A stretch of DNA of 64,000 nucleotides from Chrysomallon squamiferum (taxonomy: Eukaryota > Animalia > Mollusca): contig CM022676.1 in assembly GCA_012295275.1 (NCBI GenBank), positions 4,340,001 through 4,404,000 on the forward strand. Direction: 5' to 3'. The position numbers and the translations under genes are program-made. This document shows positions 41,793 through 55,155 of this stretch, piece after piece; position 1 is the stretch's first letter, and the number at the start of each line of letters is the position of its first letter. Under the pieces are notes generated by a model. That model saw only the letters and a list, made by a program, of their open reading frames with translations, was not told where the DNA came from and searched no databases.

Positions 41793-42047
41793 ATGGACCC
41801 GGCAGCTCACTTCGAGTCAATTCTTCATCTGAAATCACTGTAGAGAAAGGAAGTGACGTCACATTATCATGCAAAGCCGATTGTTTTATCAAATGCCTTT
41901 ACAGATGGGAACTGAGGAATCAGATTGTCAGTAACAACGGACTACTGGCACTGACTAATATAACGAGAGTTCAAGCTGGCATCTACACATGCATTGCTTC
42001 TAATCCGGATACGAAGCAAAGATCGTATACTAGAATTATTATTAAGT
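41793..42047 (+). CDS. G3 Ig exon type A (DGPGSSLRVNSSSEITVEKGSDVTLSCKADCFIKCLYRW...AGIYTCIASNP...IIIK)
   Basis: tttacag acceptor, gtaagt donor, 255 nt open, phase 1-1. Confidence 0.85.
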
Positions 42048-42121
42048 GTAAGTTTTAATTAATTTTTATTTTTATTTTAATTTTGAATAGAGATCATAGA
42101 ATAGTTATATAAAAACTATTC

Positions 42122-42335
<214 letters not shown>

Positions 42336-42595
42336 AAAAGCAATGATTTTAGTCTGAAACTGAGAGGTAAAATTAACTTATTTATTATTAATATTATTAC
42401 TGTACCTATTATATGTTACAAAAAAGAGACAAACAACAATGAAATAAAACTGGAGGTAAGAGGAAAAAATAAATAAATAAATAAATAAATAAACAAACAA
42501 ATAAATAAATAAACACAAAACTTAACAAATGGGTAATTATAACAACTGGATTTAATTTTATTTGAATTTTTTATGATTATTATTTTAAATTGAAG

Positions 42596-42907
42596 CTGGG
42601 GATTTCAAGATAACAACATCAGAGAGATATGCAATTGTTGGATCACCTTTTACTTTTACCTGCCAGAAAAGGTTTCGTTTTATGGATATAAGTTTTTTTG
42701 CGAATAACGCAGAATACTTCGTGCATGAAGTAAATGGACACACTGTGTGTGATTTTCTTAGCGAACCTGCAAAAAAATACAATGTTCACTGTTCATATAA
42801 ACAAAACACTCTGACAATAAAATCTGTCAATCTCAGTCAACATGGAACAGTGTGGAGATGTGGTGAACTCGGACCAGACAGCAATGAAATAAAACTGGAA
42901 GTGAGAG
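42596..42907 (+). CDS. G3 second, divergent V-like Ig exon (GDFKITTSERYAIVGSPFTFTCQKRFRFMDISF...HGTVWRCGELGPDSNEIKLEVR)
   Basis: aag acceptor, gtaaaa donor, 312 nt open, phase 1-1. Confidence 0.8.
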
Positions 42908-43456
42908 GTAAAAAACAGTTTCATTATTAATATTATTACTGTACCTATTATATGTTAAAAAAGAAAAAAACAACAACAATGAAATAAAACTGGAAGTGAG
43001 AGTTAAAGTTAACTTATTTATTATTAATATTATTACTGCACCTATTATATGTTAAAAGAGAAAAAAAAAATGAAATCAAACTGGAAGTGAGAGGTAAAAT
43101 TAACTTATTTATTATTAATATTATTACTGTACCTATTATATGTTAAGAAAGCAATGAAATAAAACTTCGAAATATGTACCGTTAATGATGACAAAACAAT
43201 AAACTCAATAAATCAGCTAAAGTATTAGGAAAACAAATAAATAAATAAATAGTATGATATTTGTAATAATTGTAATAGAAACAGCAACTATTCAAACACT
43301 ACATCATCACCATCACTTCGAAGACAACATTCACAACTAACAATACGAGCAACCCACAGTTTCTACTCTGAGATAGAATAAAACAGAACTATGAAGACAA
43401 TGATGACAAAGCTGCCGATAATGATGATGATTATGTTGATAATTTGCTTTTTTAAG

Positions 43457-43717
43457 ATGGTCCTGGAACATCACTCAAACTGAATACTTCGTCTGTTGTG
43501 ACTGCTGTGGAAGGAAGTGACGTCACAGTGGCTTGTTCGGCGACCTGTTTCATCACGTGTAATTATCAGTGGAAGGTCGCAGATGACGTCATAAGTAACA
43601 CAAGCATTCTGTCATTGGCTGATGTTAATAGATCACAGACAGGTCTCTATGTGTGTACGGCTGAAAATCCAGATACGAAACAAACTGCTAAAGAAACACT
43701 TCATTTGACTGTTCATC
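43457..43717 (+). CDS. G3 Ig exon type B (DGPGTSLKLNTSSVVTAVEGSDVTVACSATCFITCNYQW...TGLYVCTAENP...LTVH)
   Basis: tttaag acceptor, gtaagt donor, 261 nt open, phase 1-1. Confidence 0.85.
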
Positions 43718-43984
43718 GTAAGTAATAAACTAATTATAATAAAAGTAAAAATGATAAAATGAACAATAAACTCAGTATTTGTTAGAGATGTATGCTTAAA
43801 GTATCAGACAATCAATTATAAATGTTTACATGCGAATGTCAAGTCGTTTTTACCTTCGTCATGGAATGATATTTGTTGATGTTAACGTTGTTCAGCATCT
43901 ACCAGTTGGAGGAGAAAGTGGAATGGTGTGAGTAGGCGCACCCATGAATCACAAAACCCAAATAAATAATTTGTCATTAGTCAG

Positions 43985-44100
43985 GCCCTGTAGAAGACAG
44001 CAGTCAGTTTGGAAAAGAATCTGGCAGCGGTTTTGGAACTTTCCTTGTTCTGTCTGTTATCATTGTCATTGTCGTTGTTCTCTACGTCCGAAACAATTGA
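43985..44100 (+). CDS. G3 transmembrane exon ending in a stop (PVEDSSQFGKESGSGFGTFLVLSVIIVIVVVLYVRNN*)
   Basis: Homologous to 27899-28015; last codon is TGA (44098-44100) where paralogs have AGA. Confidence 0.75.
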
Positions 44101-44494
44101 AGTATTTCTTTATATCTTTGTTTGTTTGATTCCTTCTTTCTTTCTCTATTTCTTTTTAATTGATTCTTTTTATTTTATTTTCTATTCTTTATTTATTTAT
44201 TCATTCATTCAATTGATCGTTCGTTCATTTATTCATACTTTCATACTAGTATATGTTTGTTCTTTGTATGTTTATTTGTTTTATTATGTATTTTAATTAC
44301 ACTTACGCATGGATAAAAGGGAGATAAATCAAGACTACTTTACACAACTACATTACACTGAGTAATCAAACCTGTCTTCTTGACTAACTGTCTAGTTCAG
44401 CCACCTGATAAATACTAATTCCATTTATGTTTCTCATACAGCTTAACTAAATATATGTGTATGTATGTTTTCATACATACATTCACACGTACAT

Positions 44495-44538
<44 letters not shown>

Positions 44539-44590
44539 GTATATATGTATGCATCTATGTATGGAGACACAGATACAAACATACATACAT

Positions 44591-44634
<44 letters not shown>

Positions 44635-44944
44635 TATATACATACATATATACTGAACTACATGTCTATATATATGTGTATAAATGCAAATATGGAAATA
44701 CATACACCCGTATTGTAAAATATCTTCACACATACTTATAAACGTACATAAATACATTCGGACATGAATAAAAAGAAAAAAAGAAAGAAAAGTAAATAAA
44801 AGAACGTATGTCTAACGAAATGACAGAACATCGGTTAACCGAATTTTGGGTAAGGAGTTAGAACAGGAAAACAGTCAAGGCAGATAATTATATATAGGTA
44901 GATAGATACGTATACACATACATAGGTATATTATACATACACGC

Positions 44945-44991
<47 letters not shown>

Positions 44992-46055
44992 AACACACAC
45001 ACATACATTCATACGAACATAATATATAATAATATGACAGTACACTACACAACGTAACGTAACGACGTGTAACATAATGTAATACAATATAAAAATATGT
45101 AACAAAGCAAGCATAATAATAATAACAAAACCACAACAATAATAACACACACACACAGCAACACACACACCTACACACATACACACACACCTACACACAC
45201 CTACACATATACACATACACACACACACACATATTCCAGTATAAACCGAACACAATAGAAAGAGTATGCTACTCTATGACTTGACAGAAAGAGTATCATG
45301 TGTTTTGCGTTAAATCTTTTGTTCGACTTTTTCCATCCATGGCTGGTTTTAAACAGACGTCTCATAAAGTATAGTATAGCATAAACAACAGAAGACACGG
45401 TTGAGCGCATTTACTAATTACCCGCCGTTTACCTTGAATAATACATGTAATAAATTATGGAATAGTCTGGTACAACTAAATACAGAACTCAATACAAAAT
45501 TATATAAAATTATATTTATTTATACATTTATTTGTAGATTTATTAATTGCATTTGCCAGATAGGAAATAGGCTCTCGTTGTTGCTTGAATGAACAGACTG
45601 GAGCATACCATTAAAGCAGTCAGGGGTGTACAAGATAAATGACCCAATAAAGAGTTTTGTCTATGAAATGGCGTGGCTACATTATAGGCTGTATCTCTGT
45701 GTTTTGAAAGGGAACCATTTTTCTGTATCTGCGTTCAATTAATTTACAAGCTGTGAAATCTAAATTGAGTCGAAGTTATGTTTCGTTGACTAATGTAAAA
45801 AATAGATGCGTAATTGTGTGATTTGAATTTTTCAAACATATCTGTATTAAAACATGGGACAACAACATAACAACATGACGCTCCATAACAAAGTGAAAAG
45901 TAACGTGACGTAATGTAACATAATTATGGAATAAACTATAAATAAATAATAAATAAATAAATTAATGAAAATAACACAGAACTTAACAAGAATGCAATTA
46001 TAAATAATGAATTTAATGTTATTTGAATTTTTGTTTTTATTATTTTAAATTTTAG

Positions 46056-46367
46056 GTCTGCATTACAATTTAACAACATCAAACAGATATGCAATTTGTG
46101 GATCACCTTTCACTTTTACATGCCAGAGCGATTTTCATTTTTTTGTAAGAAGCTGGTTTGAGAATAACAGAATATACAGGATGAGTAATGTAGATGGACA
46201 CGGTCAGTGTCATTTTCATAATGAACATCCAGAAGAATACACTTTTAACTGTTCAAATGGTATTAACACTCTGACAATAAAATCAGTGAAACTCAGTCAA
46301 CATGGAACAGTGTGGAGATGTGGTGATTTTAATCCAGGCAGCAATGAAATAAAACTGGAAGTGAGAG
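46056..46367 (+). CDS. G4 V-like Ig exon (GLHYNLTTSNRYAICGSPFTFTCQSDFHFFVRSW...HGTVWRCGDFNPGSNEIKLEVR)
   Basis: tttag acceptor, gtaaaa donor, 312 nt open, phase 1-1. Confidence 0.85.
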
Positions 46368-46693
46368 GTAAAATTCAGTTTCATTATTATCACGAAATAT
46401 GTACTGTTAATGATGACAAAACAATAAACTAAATAAATGAGCAAAAATATTAGCAAAATAAATATAAATAAATAAATAAATAACAAAATAAATAAATAGT
46501 AGTGACATTAGTAATAATTGTAATATCATCAGCAACAAATGAAACACTGCACTATCACCATCACTTCGACGACAACATCCATAACTAACAATACGAACAA
46601 TCCCCCAATTTCTACTGTCAGAACAAAAATATGAAGACAATGATGATGATGCTGCTGATAATGATGATCATGTTGATAATGTGCTGTTTTCAG

Positions 46694-46768
46694 GTTGCCC
46701 TAGAACATCACTCAAGCTGAATACTTCATCTGTTGTGACTGCTGTTGAAGGAAGTGACTGCTGTGGAA
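46694..46768 (+). CDS. G4 stalk mini-exon (GCPRTSLKLNTSSVVTAVEGSDCCG)
   Basis: ttttcag acceptor, gtaaga donor, 75 nt, phase 1-1. Confidence 0.55.
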
Positions 46769-47108
46769 GTAAGAAACTAATTATAGTGAAAATAAAAATG
46801 ATAAAGTGAACAAATAACTTAGTATTTATTAGAGGTTTATGCTTCAAATATCAGACAATCAATTATAAATGTTTACGTGCGAATATCAATTCTGTAGAAC
46901 AGCTTAGCATAGACGGACTCCGTCAACGTATTAGATCACGTACAGAATGACGATACGTGTCACGTACGTAACTCATGTTCAGTTTAGCTTGCGCCTATAC
47001 ACCAAGGTTAATTCGCATTGTTTTTTTTACGTTTTTTTTAATTCATTTTATTTTAAATTGAATTTTGAATACAGGTCATAAAATAGTTATATAAAATTAT
47101 TCAGAGAG

Positions 47109-47112
<4 letters not shown>

Positions 47113-47176
<64 letters not shown>
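47113..47176. repeat. (GA)n microsatellite upstream of exon C
   Basis: Direct reading. Confidence 0.95.
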
Positions 47177-47179
<3 letters not shown>

Positions 47180-47244
47180 GTGAGTGAGTGGATGGATAAT
47201 AAATGATAGAGAAATATTAAAGTATACTTTTTATTTGACTCCAG

Positions 47245-47523
47245 ACAAACCGTCCATTAAGACAAAATTGATCATTGAACATTTAACTAACAATGCAAGG
47301 GAGAACAAACTAAATGCAACGTTTGTATGTAACGTTGACAGTAATCTGAAGTCCGCAATTAAAATACTGAAAGGGAGACAACTGCTGCACCAAGTTCAGA
47401 ACGCCACGACACTGGAGTACAGTTGGATAGTGACATCTTGTTCAGACTGGGAAGGAATTTATTGTGAGGCCGAAAACAAAGTGAAAACAGTAGTCAGAAA
47501 ATCTTTGGAATCGTTTCTTCTTT
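47245..47523 (+). CDS. G4 Ig exon type C (KPSIKTKLII...ATFVCNVDSNLKSAIKIL...SCSDWEGIYCEAENKVKTVVRKSLESFLL)
   Basis: ctccag acceptor, gtacgt donor, 279 nt open, phase 1-1; Cys..YC Ig pair. Confidence 0.75.
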
Positions 47524-47869
47524 GTACGTTATCTTGATTCTTCATACGTATATATATATATATCTATGTATGTATGTATGAATATTTGTCTGTATGTACA
47601 TACGTAAGTGTCTGGGTGCGTCTCTGTTTGTGTGTTTATGCAGTTTGTGTTTATGTAGTATGCATCTATGCATGTTTATTACGGAAAATACAATTAATAC
47701 CAATGAAAGTTTCGTTTTAACTGAAGATAATTTAGCAACAGCAAACAAATAATTACCTAGTCTGTGAAGATCTTTGATAATATCAAATATACAAATTAAC
47801 TAATTGTTGAAGATATATAAACAATATGTTAATTCAAAGTCACATTTTTATTCGTGTTAATGAATTTTC

Positions 47870-47997
<128 letters not shown>

Positions 47998-48153
47998 TTG
48001 CATCCGAAATGATAGAGAAATATTAAAATCTAAAATTATTTTTGGATGTATCTTTTTCTTTTTTTTTGACGAACATTTTTTTACCCTTAACTTATTTTGA
48101 GTAGTATCTAATAACTTAATCTCACGTTTTTATTTTCATTAATGAATTTTCAG

Positions 48154-48270
48154 GCCCTGTTGAAGACAGCAGTCAGTTTGGAAAAGAATTTGGCAGCGGT
48201 TTTGGAACTGTTTTCGTTCTGTCTGTTATCATTGTCATTGTCGGTGTTCTCTACGTTCGAAAGAAAAGAA
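48154..48270 (+). CDS. G4 transmembrane exon (PVEDSSQFGKEFGSGFGTVFVLSVIIVIVGVLYVRKKR)
   Basis: ttttcag acceptor, gtattt donor, 117 nt, phase 1-1. Confidence 0.85.
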
Positions 48271-48864
48271 GTATTTGTTCATTTGTTTGTTTATTTATTT
48301 GTTTTCTTCTTTCCTTCTTTCTTTCTTTCTTTCTTTCTTCTGAACTAATTATTTTTATTTTATTTTTTATTCTTTATTTATTTATTCATTCATCCACTTG
48401 ATGGTTCGTTCATTTATTCATTCCTTCATGCTAGTGTTTGTTTATTTATTTTATTATGCATTTTAATTACACTTACCCATAGAGTAAAGTGGACACTTGA
48501 CACATTTACCTTATACAGTATAATCAAACCTGTTTTTGTGACCACCTGTGTATTTCAGGCACCTGATAATGACATGGCTGAGATAAAAAATGATGTCTAA
48601 GAACAAGAACATTTAATGATAAATTTAATTTTAGACAGGCATAATGCTGAAAATGTTTCATGACTATGTCAGTATTCAGGTAAAGTGATTTAGGAACAGA
48701 AGTATCCTGTACACATAGAAATAGCTAGTATCAGTGTGACTACTAATACTACTGCTACTACTACTACTACTACTACTAAAACTAAAACTCTTACTACACT
48801 ACTATGCGCATGATGTTGATAAGGTTATTATTCTTATGATTGTCGTTGTTGTTATTACTATTAC

Positions 48865-48907
<43 letters not shown>

Positions 48908-48911
48908 ACAG

Positions 48912-48942
48912 GAGAAAACAACTCAACTTGGAGCCAAGAAAG
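48912..48942 (+). CDS. G4 31-nt juxtamembrane linker exon (ENNSTWSQE)
   Basis: acag acceptor, gtaaat donor; phase 1 to 2 fits the next exon; homolog at 63479-63509(-). Confidence 0.65.
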
Positions 48943-49202
48943 GTAAATTAATTTATACTTTTTTACTATATTTCTTTCTGTAAAATATAATTATTGTGTT
49001 TATGTGTCTATATGTGCTTATGTACATCTGTATGTATTTTGTACGTTTATATATATGTGTATGTATATATATATGTATATATGTTTGTATGTGTGTATGT
49101 ATGTACGTAAATATGAGTGCATGTGTTTGCGTTCTTTTGTTCATTCTCGGATTATTGCATCATTGTATATGTTAAATTTTTTATTTGCGATTACAATTTC
49201 AG

Positions 49203-49294
49203 AATCATCAATGTGCATCAAAATACAGAGAATTCATATTCTTCTCTAGAGGAAAGAGGAAATGACGTCCAATATGACGTCTGATTACATGGTG
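49203..49294 (+). CDS. G4 ITAM-like exon with premature stop (IINVHQNTENSYSSLEERGNDVQYDV*)
   Basis: tttcag acceptor, gtaagt donor, 92 nt, phase 2 to 1; TGA at 49282-49284 where paralogs have TTA (Leu). Confidence 0.7.
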
Positions 49295-49726
49295 GTAAGT
49301 GAACTGATATTAATAAATGCTAAGGAAGAAAACGAGTATAGTTTGTTAACTTTACGCTTATTCAGACAATTTCACGACTAGAAATCCCTATAAACATACA
49401 CAAATACATAATACATACATATATATATATACATACACACATATACATATTTATATATATATATATATACACACATATACATATTTATATATATATATAT
49501 ATATCTGTATATACATAGAGAGATTTTGAGAAAGAACAGATTCTAAATATGTTTGAAATAGTTTGAAATAGTTTTATAAATGTCCTTGTCTAGAAGGATC
49601 TTTGTTTGAAATTTTAAAATTTTACTAGATTTTGAAAAGAGACACTTTGTAAATGATTTTGAAATAGCTGTAAAATATAAAATACACAGACACACATTAG
49701 CACGATTATTGTTTTGTCCGCTGATC

Positions 49727-49753
49727 TTACATATGACGTCTCAATACCTGATG
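49727..49753 (+). pseudogene. 3' remnant of a second ITAM exon in G4 (TYDVSIPD + donor); acceptor and first Tyr deleted
   Basis: Flanks match the sequence around 28140-28165 and 28290-28400. Confidence 0.7.
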
Positions 49754-50177
49754 GTAAGAGAACTGATATTAATTAATGATAAAGAAGAAAACGAGTATTA
49801 TTTATGAATCATACGCTTATTCAGACACTTTCGCTAAAAAGAAACAAGATAGATAGATAGATAGATGGATAGATAGATATTTCTTTTCCGGTGATTAATC
49901 GTACATACATAAGTTGACAATCCCTTATGCGAAAAGTTTCGGAATTTTCGCAATGCTTCGATTTTAGATTTGATGAGTTAGCCTTATATTACAAACTTTT
50001 TAAATACTAATTCCATTCATGTTTCATATACAGCTTTACTAAATGGTTATTTTAAGTTAAAACTGTGTTTGTGTGTTTATATATATATATATGTACATAC
50101 ACACACGTCAGCACGATTTTTGTTTTCTCCACATCTCACAAGTTTTATACAAACGAAAATTTTATTGCATGTTTCAG

Positions 50178-50224
50178 ATAATCAGACTGCGTCAGCGGCT
50201 GTACAACAAGATACAGAGATGTGA
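50178..50224 (+). CDS. G4 terminal exon (DNQTASAAVQQDTEM*), downstream of the premature stop
   Basis: Homology to 28779-28825; splice site intact. Confidence 0.6.
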
Positions 50225-50469
50225 CAAAGTTTGAAAATAAACGAAACTGTTGTTCGTGAATGACAAAGAAGAAAACAAGTTCTATTTGTTAATCATACAC
50301 TTCTTAAAACTGTTTTATGAATACTAACAGGATATTAAATTGTTAAAAGTTTTGTTTACTAAAATACAAAGACTTGAGTTTGTACAATGACACCAGATTT
50401 GAACTGTGTAAATAGCTACCTGTGAGAAATGTTATAAATATTTTAACGAGTTGCTAATCGCGAATTTTT

Positions 50470-52317
50470 AATCATACATTACCATTGTCTGAGATGTTAC
50501 TCTAACTATGTGAAAACTTCGGGAGATTTATGACGTAAAATTAAAATATTTACCCACGTATACATTAACAAAAAAGAAACATTTGATCAATCTCAGTAAC
50601 ACTGGTCTCATTCATACATCTTTCCCCTTTTAATTTTATATATTTCCTCAGATGTAAGATCCTTGACGTCATGAAAGTCTTTATTTTCTTGTATAACAGT
50701 AACATGAGAAATGAAATTCCTGGCTGACAATGGCAGAATAAAACTATATTTACAGGTTTTTTTTTATACTAACAACAGTTTGCTTTCCACGACTTCGTAA
50801 ACTTTATCTGTCAAAGCTGTTCCCTTTTTTGTGATACTTGTGAGTTTTTCATATTTTTATTCTCTATTTTCATTGAGTAAAGCATAATTCTATGTGATGA
50901 TTTTGTAAAAGTTAGACGAGTTTTCGGGAGTACGAATCGATTTTGTTTGATTTTTGTTGTTTGTTTTGTTTTTTATGTTGAAATAAACGGCTTGGATTGG
51001 ATTTGAAAAGCTTTTGGTTTTTTTAAACAATGTTTCTGTGTGTCCATGTTTCCTTTTAAAGAGGACAAGGGACGTAATGAAGGGAACTGCTAAACTAGTG
51101 TGTACTATTTTTCTGCTATTTTTCGATGACATAATCAATACATGTTCCAGTTCTCTGCTGTATTTTATTCTTTCCCTTCGTGCACAATAAGTAAACTAAT
51201 GTTTCTCTTTGTCTTTCAAATGTGTTCGTCATTTTGTGTGTCTTTGTTCATAACACGATTTCTCCATCGATTTTTTTATTTCCACCATTCTGATTTTACA
51301 CACCTCTCTTTTCTTTTCTATTATTCTCTATTTACCTGTTACTCTGTCTGATTATTCTTTCTTTCTTTATTTCACTGTATCCACACATCCATCCATCTGT
51401 CTACCCAATCACTGTCTCTGAATATATAATTACGTATGTAAGAACGTATGAGTGAGGAAACGACAGAACATGAGCTAAACGTATTGTGGGCAAGTAGTTA
51501 GAACAGGAAAACAGAAAAGGGAGATCATAAAGGGAAGTTACGTAACTACTAAACGTATGTGTGTGTAAGTGTGTGTATATATGTATATATAGATATACGT
51601 AGAGATATACATAGGTATAGTATACATACACACATATATTTATATATACACACACACACACACAGATACATTCATAGTTACATATATATCATGACAGTAC
51701 ACTACACAGCGTAACGCAACGCAAAGGTAACATAATGTAATATAGTATAAAATATGTAATAAAGCAAGCATAATAATAATAACAAAATAACACCAATGAC
51801 AACAGACACACACACACGCATACACACACACACACACACACGCACACATTGCAGTATAAACCGAACACAATACAAAGAGTATGCTACACTATGGCGTGAC
51901 AAAATAAAGAATATCATGTGTTTTCGGTTTAATTTTTGTTCGTCTTTTTCCATCCATGACTGGTTTTAAACAGAGTGGTAGAGTTACAACATACCAGAGT
52001 AAAACTGACCAAGTCATGTCATGACGTAAGAAACAAAACTTGGCAAATATCCATGTTGTCTAGGTCACGCGACAATTCAAAATGGCCGCCGTTTGTCAAT
52101 GCAGCAAAGATTTGTATTGATTAAAAATGCACACGAACACTTACTTATATTCACACAGACACACGCGCAGATATAAAAGCATACATTGACACCCAAACAT
52201 ATACCACCTACCTACATATTTTCGTATATATATATCTATATTTTTTATATTTAAACATTATATATATATATATACACATATAGATATATGTGTGTGTTTC
52301 TGTGCGCGTGTATGTTT

Positions 52318-52356
<39 letters not shown>

Positions 52357-52800
52357 TAAACAAATTTATGTATGAATGTATGTATGGAAATACACACATA
52401 TACACACATGCATACATATATACAGATACAGATATATTCATACATACATATATACTTAACTACGTCTATATATATGTGTATAAATGCAAATATGGAAATA
52501 CATACACCTGTATCGTAAAATATCTTCACACATACTTATAGAGGTACATAAATACACTCGCACATCAGTAAAGAAAATAATAATAATTAAAAAAAAATTA
52601 TGTAAAAAATTGAAAAATAAAGAATAAAATATCATAAAAAGGAAACGAAGAAGAAGAATTAACAGTCTAAGTAGAATTAACTATTCAAAATACAACGCTG
52701 TATGTTATATCTCAGATTGCATTATGTATTTTTCTGATTCAATCGAGTGGATTTAGTTTATTAATAAATATGCATAGCCAATGAAACTAGTGTTAATATC
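50470..52800 (-). repeat. 3' flank plus one core module between G4 and G5
   Basis: Homologous to 760-2420 and 24230-26050. Confidence 0.85.
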
Positions 52801-53040
52801 GTGTATTTTGTATTGGTATCGTTGCTGTTGTTGTTTGGCAGACTATAAGAAAACTGCATAATGTTTAACTTGTATATGGTACAAGCTTACTCTAGTCACA
52901 AGAAATCATTTTGAAAATGTAAACTTGTGTGTTAAGTTTCTGTTCCTTATCGGAAAAAACCGTGAATGAGCCTTGGGGTGTATATGTAAGCTAAACTGAA
53001 GATGAGTTACGTACAGACTGGTAAGCTAGTAATATAGTGC

Positions 53041-53048
53041 TCTCTCTC

Positions 53049-53138
<90 letters not shown>
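53041..53138. repeat. (TC)n microsatellite at the point where G5 breaks off
   Basis: Direct reading. Confidence 0.95.
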
Positions 53139-53144
<6 letters not shown>

Positions 53145-53212
53145 GTTTTTATATAACTATTTTATGATCTGTATTCAAAATTAAACTCAAAATAAAATGA
53201 ATTAAAACTCAC

Positions 53213-53473
53213 ACTTAACGTTAATAATAATTTTCGTATGAGATCTTTGGTTCGTATCCGGATTTGAAGCAGTGCATGTGTAGACGCCATCTTGAAATCT
53301 CGTGGTATTTTTCAGTGCCAGTAGTCTGTTGTTACTGACAATCTGATTGGTCAGTTCCCATCTGTAAACGCATTTGATAAAACAGTCGGCTTTGCATGAT
53401 AATGTGACGTCACTTCCTTCCTGTACGGTGATGACAGACGAAGAATTGAGTCGAAGTGAGCTGCCGGGACCAT
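53213..53473 (-). CDS. G5 Ig exon type A (DGPGSSLRLNSSSVITVQEGSDVTLSCKADCFIKCVYRW...IIINVK)
   Basis: 261 nt open, phase 1-1, AG/GT intact; ORF track 53202..53489. Confidence 0.75.
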
Positions 53474-53502
53474 CTGTAAAAAAACACAACTAATAATAAT
53501 AA

Positions 53503-53553
<51 letters not shown>

Positions 53554-54207
53554 ATGGTATTTGTTTGTTTCTATTGTATCAACATGACAGTCATCATCAT
53601 AATCATCTCCATCATTATCAACATTGTGGTCTTCGTCATCATGATTATTATTGCTATAGCTTGTGATACTGTTGACATTTTTGTTGTTTTGTTGCTATTA
53701 TTGTTATTATTACTATTATTATTATTATTGTTATTGTTGTTGTTGTTATTATTATTATTATGTTTTTTGTTATTGTTTTTGTTATTCTTATTGTTGTTAT
53801 TGTTATTGGTATCATTGTTCTTGTTGTTTGGCAGAATATAAGAAAAGTGCGTAATTTTTAACTTGTGTATGGTGCAATCTTACCCTAGTCACACGATAAT
53901 CATTTTGAAAATGTAAACTTGTCTGTTGATTTTCTGTTCCTTATCTGAGAAAACGTGAATGAGCCTTGGGTTGTACGTGGAAGTTAAACTGAAAATGAGT
54001 TACGTACGTGACCCGTATCGAAGATTCTCTACGTGACCTAATACGTTGACGGACTCCATCTATGCAAAACCTGTCTTTTTACTGCATATTCGCACGAAAA
54101 CGTTTGTAATTGATTGTCTGATATTTCAGGGATACGCCTCTAACAAATACTAAGTTATTTGTTCGTTTAATGATTTTTGTTTTTACTATAATTAGTTTCT
54201 TACTTAC

Positions 54208-54468
54208 AATATACAGTCAAAGGAAATGCTTTGTTGGCAGTTTGTTTCGTATCTGGATTTTCAGCCGTACACACATAGAGGCCTGTCTGTGATCTATTAA
54301 TATCAGCCAATGACAGAATGCTTGTGTTACTTATGACGTCATCTGCGACCTTCCATTTGTAATTACACGTGATGAAACACGTCGCCGAACAAGACACTAT
54401 GACGTCGCATCCTTCCACAGCAGTCACAACAGACGAAGTATTCAGTTTGAGTGATGATCCAGGACCAT
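54208..54468 (-). CDS. G5 Ig exon type B (DGPGSSLKLNTSSVVTAVEGCDVIVSCSATCFITCNYKW...LTVY)
   Basis: 261 nt open, phase 1-1; ORF track 54200..54427. Confidence 0.75.
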
Positions 54469-54878
54469 CTCAAAAAAGCAAATTATCAACATCATCACCA
54501 TCATTATCGGCAGCTTCGTCATCATTGTCTTTCCACATTTGTTTATTCTTTCTCAGAGTAGAAAGTGTGGGTTGCTAGTATTGTTACTTGCGAATATTGT
54601 CGTCGAAGTGATGGTGATGATGTAGTGTTTGAATTGTTGCTGTTGATATTACAATTACTACAAATATCATACTATTTATTTAGTTATTTATTTATTTTGC
54701 TAATATTTTTGCTGATTTATTGATTCTATTGTTTTGTCATCATTAACAGTACATAATTTGTAGGATGATAATAATGAATAAAACTTATTTTATCTCTCAC
54801 TTCCAGTTTTATTTCATTGCTTTTTTCAATATATAATAGGTACAGTAATAATATTATTATTAAATAAGTTAATTTTAC

Positions 54879-55155
54879 CCCTCACTTCTAGTTTTATTTG
54901 ATTGCTGCGGTAAAAAATAAAACCACATGTCCAAACTGTTCCATGTTGACTGAGTTTCACTGATTTTATTGTCAGGGTGCTTATATTAACTGAACAGAAA
55001 AATCTGTAATCTTCTGGATGTTCACTAAGAAAATGACACTGACCGTTACTTCCATGTTTCTTGATCATAAAAATGGAAAGATGCCTTGCAGTTAAAAGTA
55101 AAAGGTGATCCAACAATTGCATATCTGTCTGATGTTGTTAACATGTAATACGCAC
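54879..55155 (-). pseudogene. G5 frameshifted V-like Ig exon
   Basis: 277 nt versus 312 nt in paralogs. The first frame (GAYYMLTTSDRYAIVGSPFTFNC...) hits TAA; the C-terminal half (GQCHFLSEHPEDY...HGTVWTCGFIFYRSNQIKLEVR) is in another frame. Confidence 0.8.

Noticed and set aside
42340-43170. RAG-type V(D)J recombination substrate
   Set aside because: V exons are already complete including the final strand, and no recombination signal sequences were seen.
48639-48679. Possible 41-nt exon (SIMLKMFHDYVSIQ) with a YxxI motif
   Set aside because: Including it puts the downstream ITAM exon out of frame, and the homologous G6 region (~63700-63735) is partly deleted.
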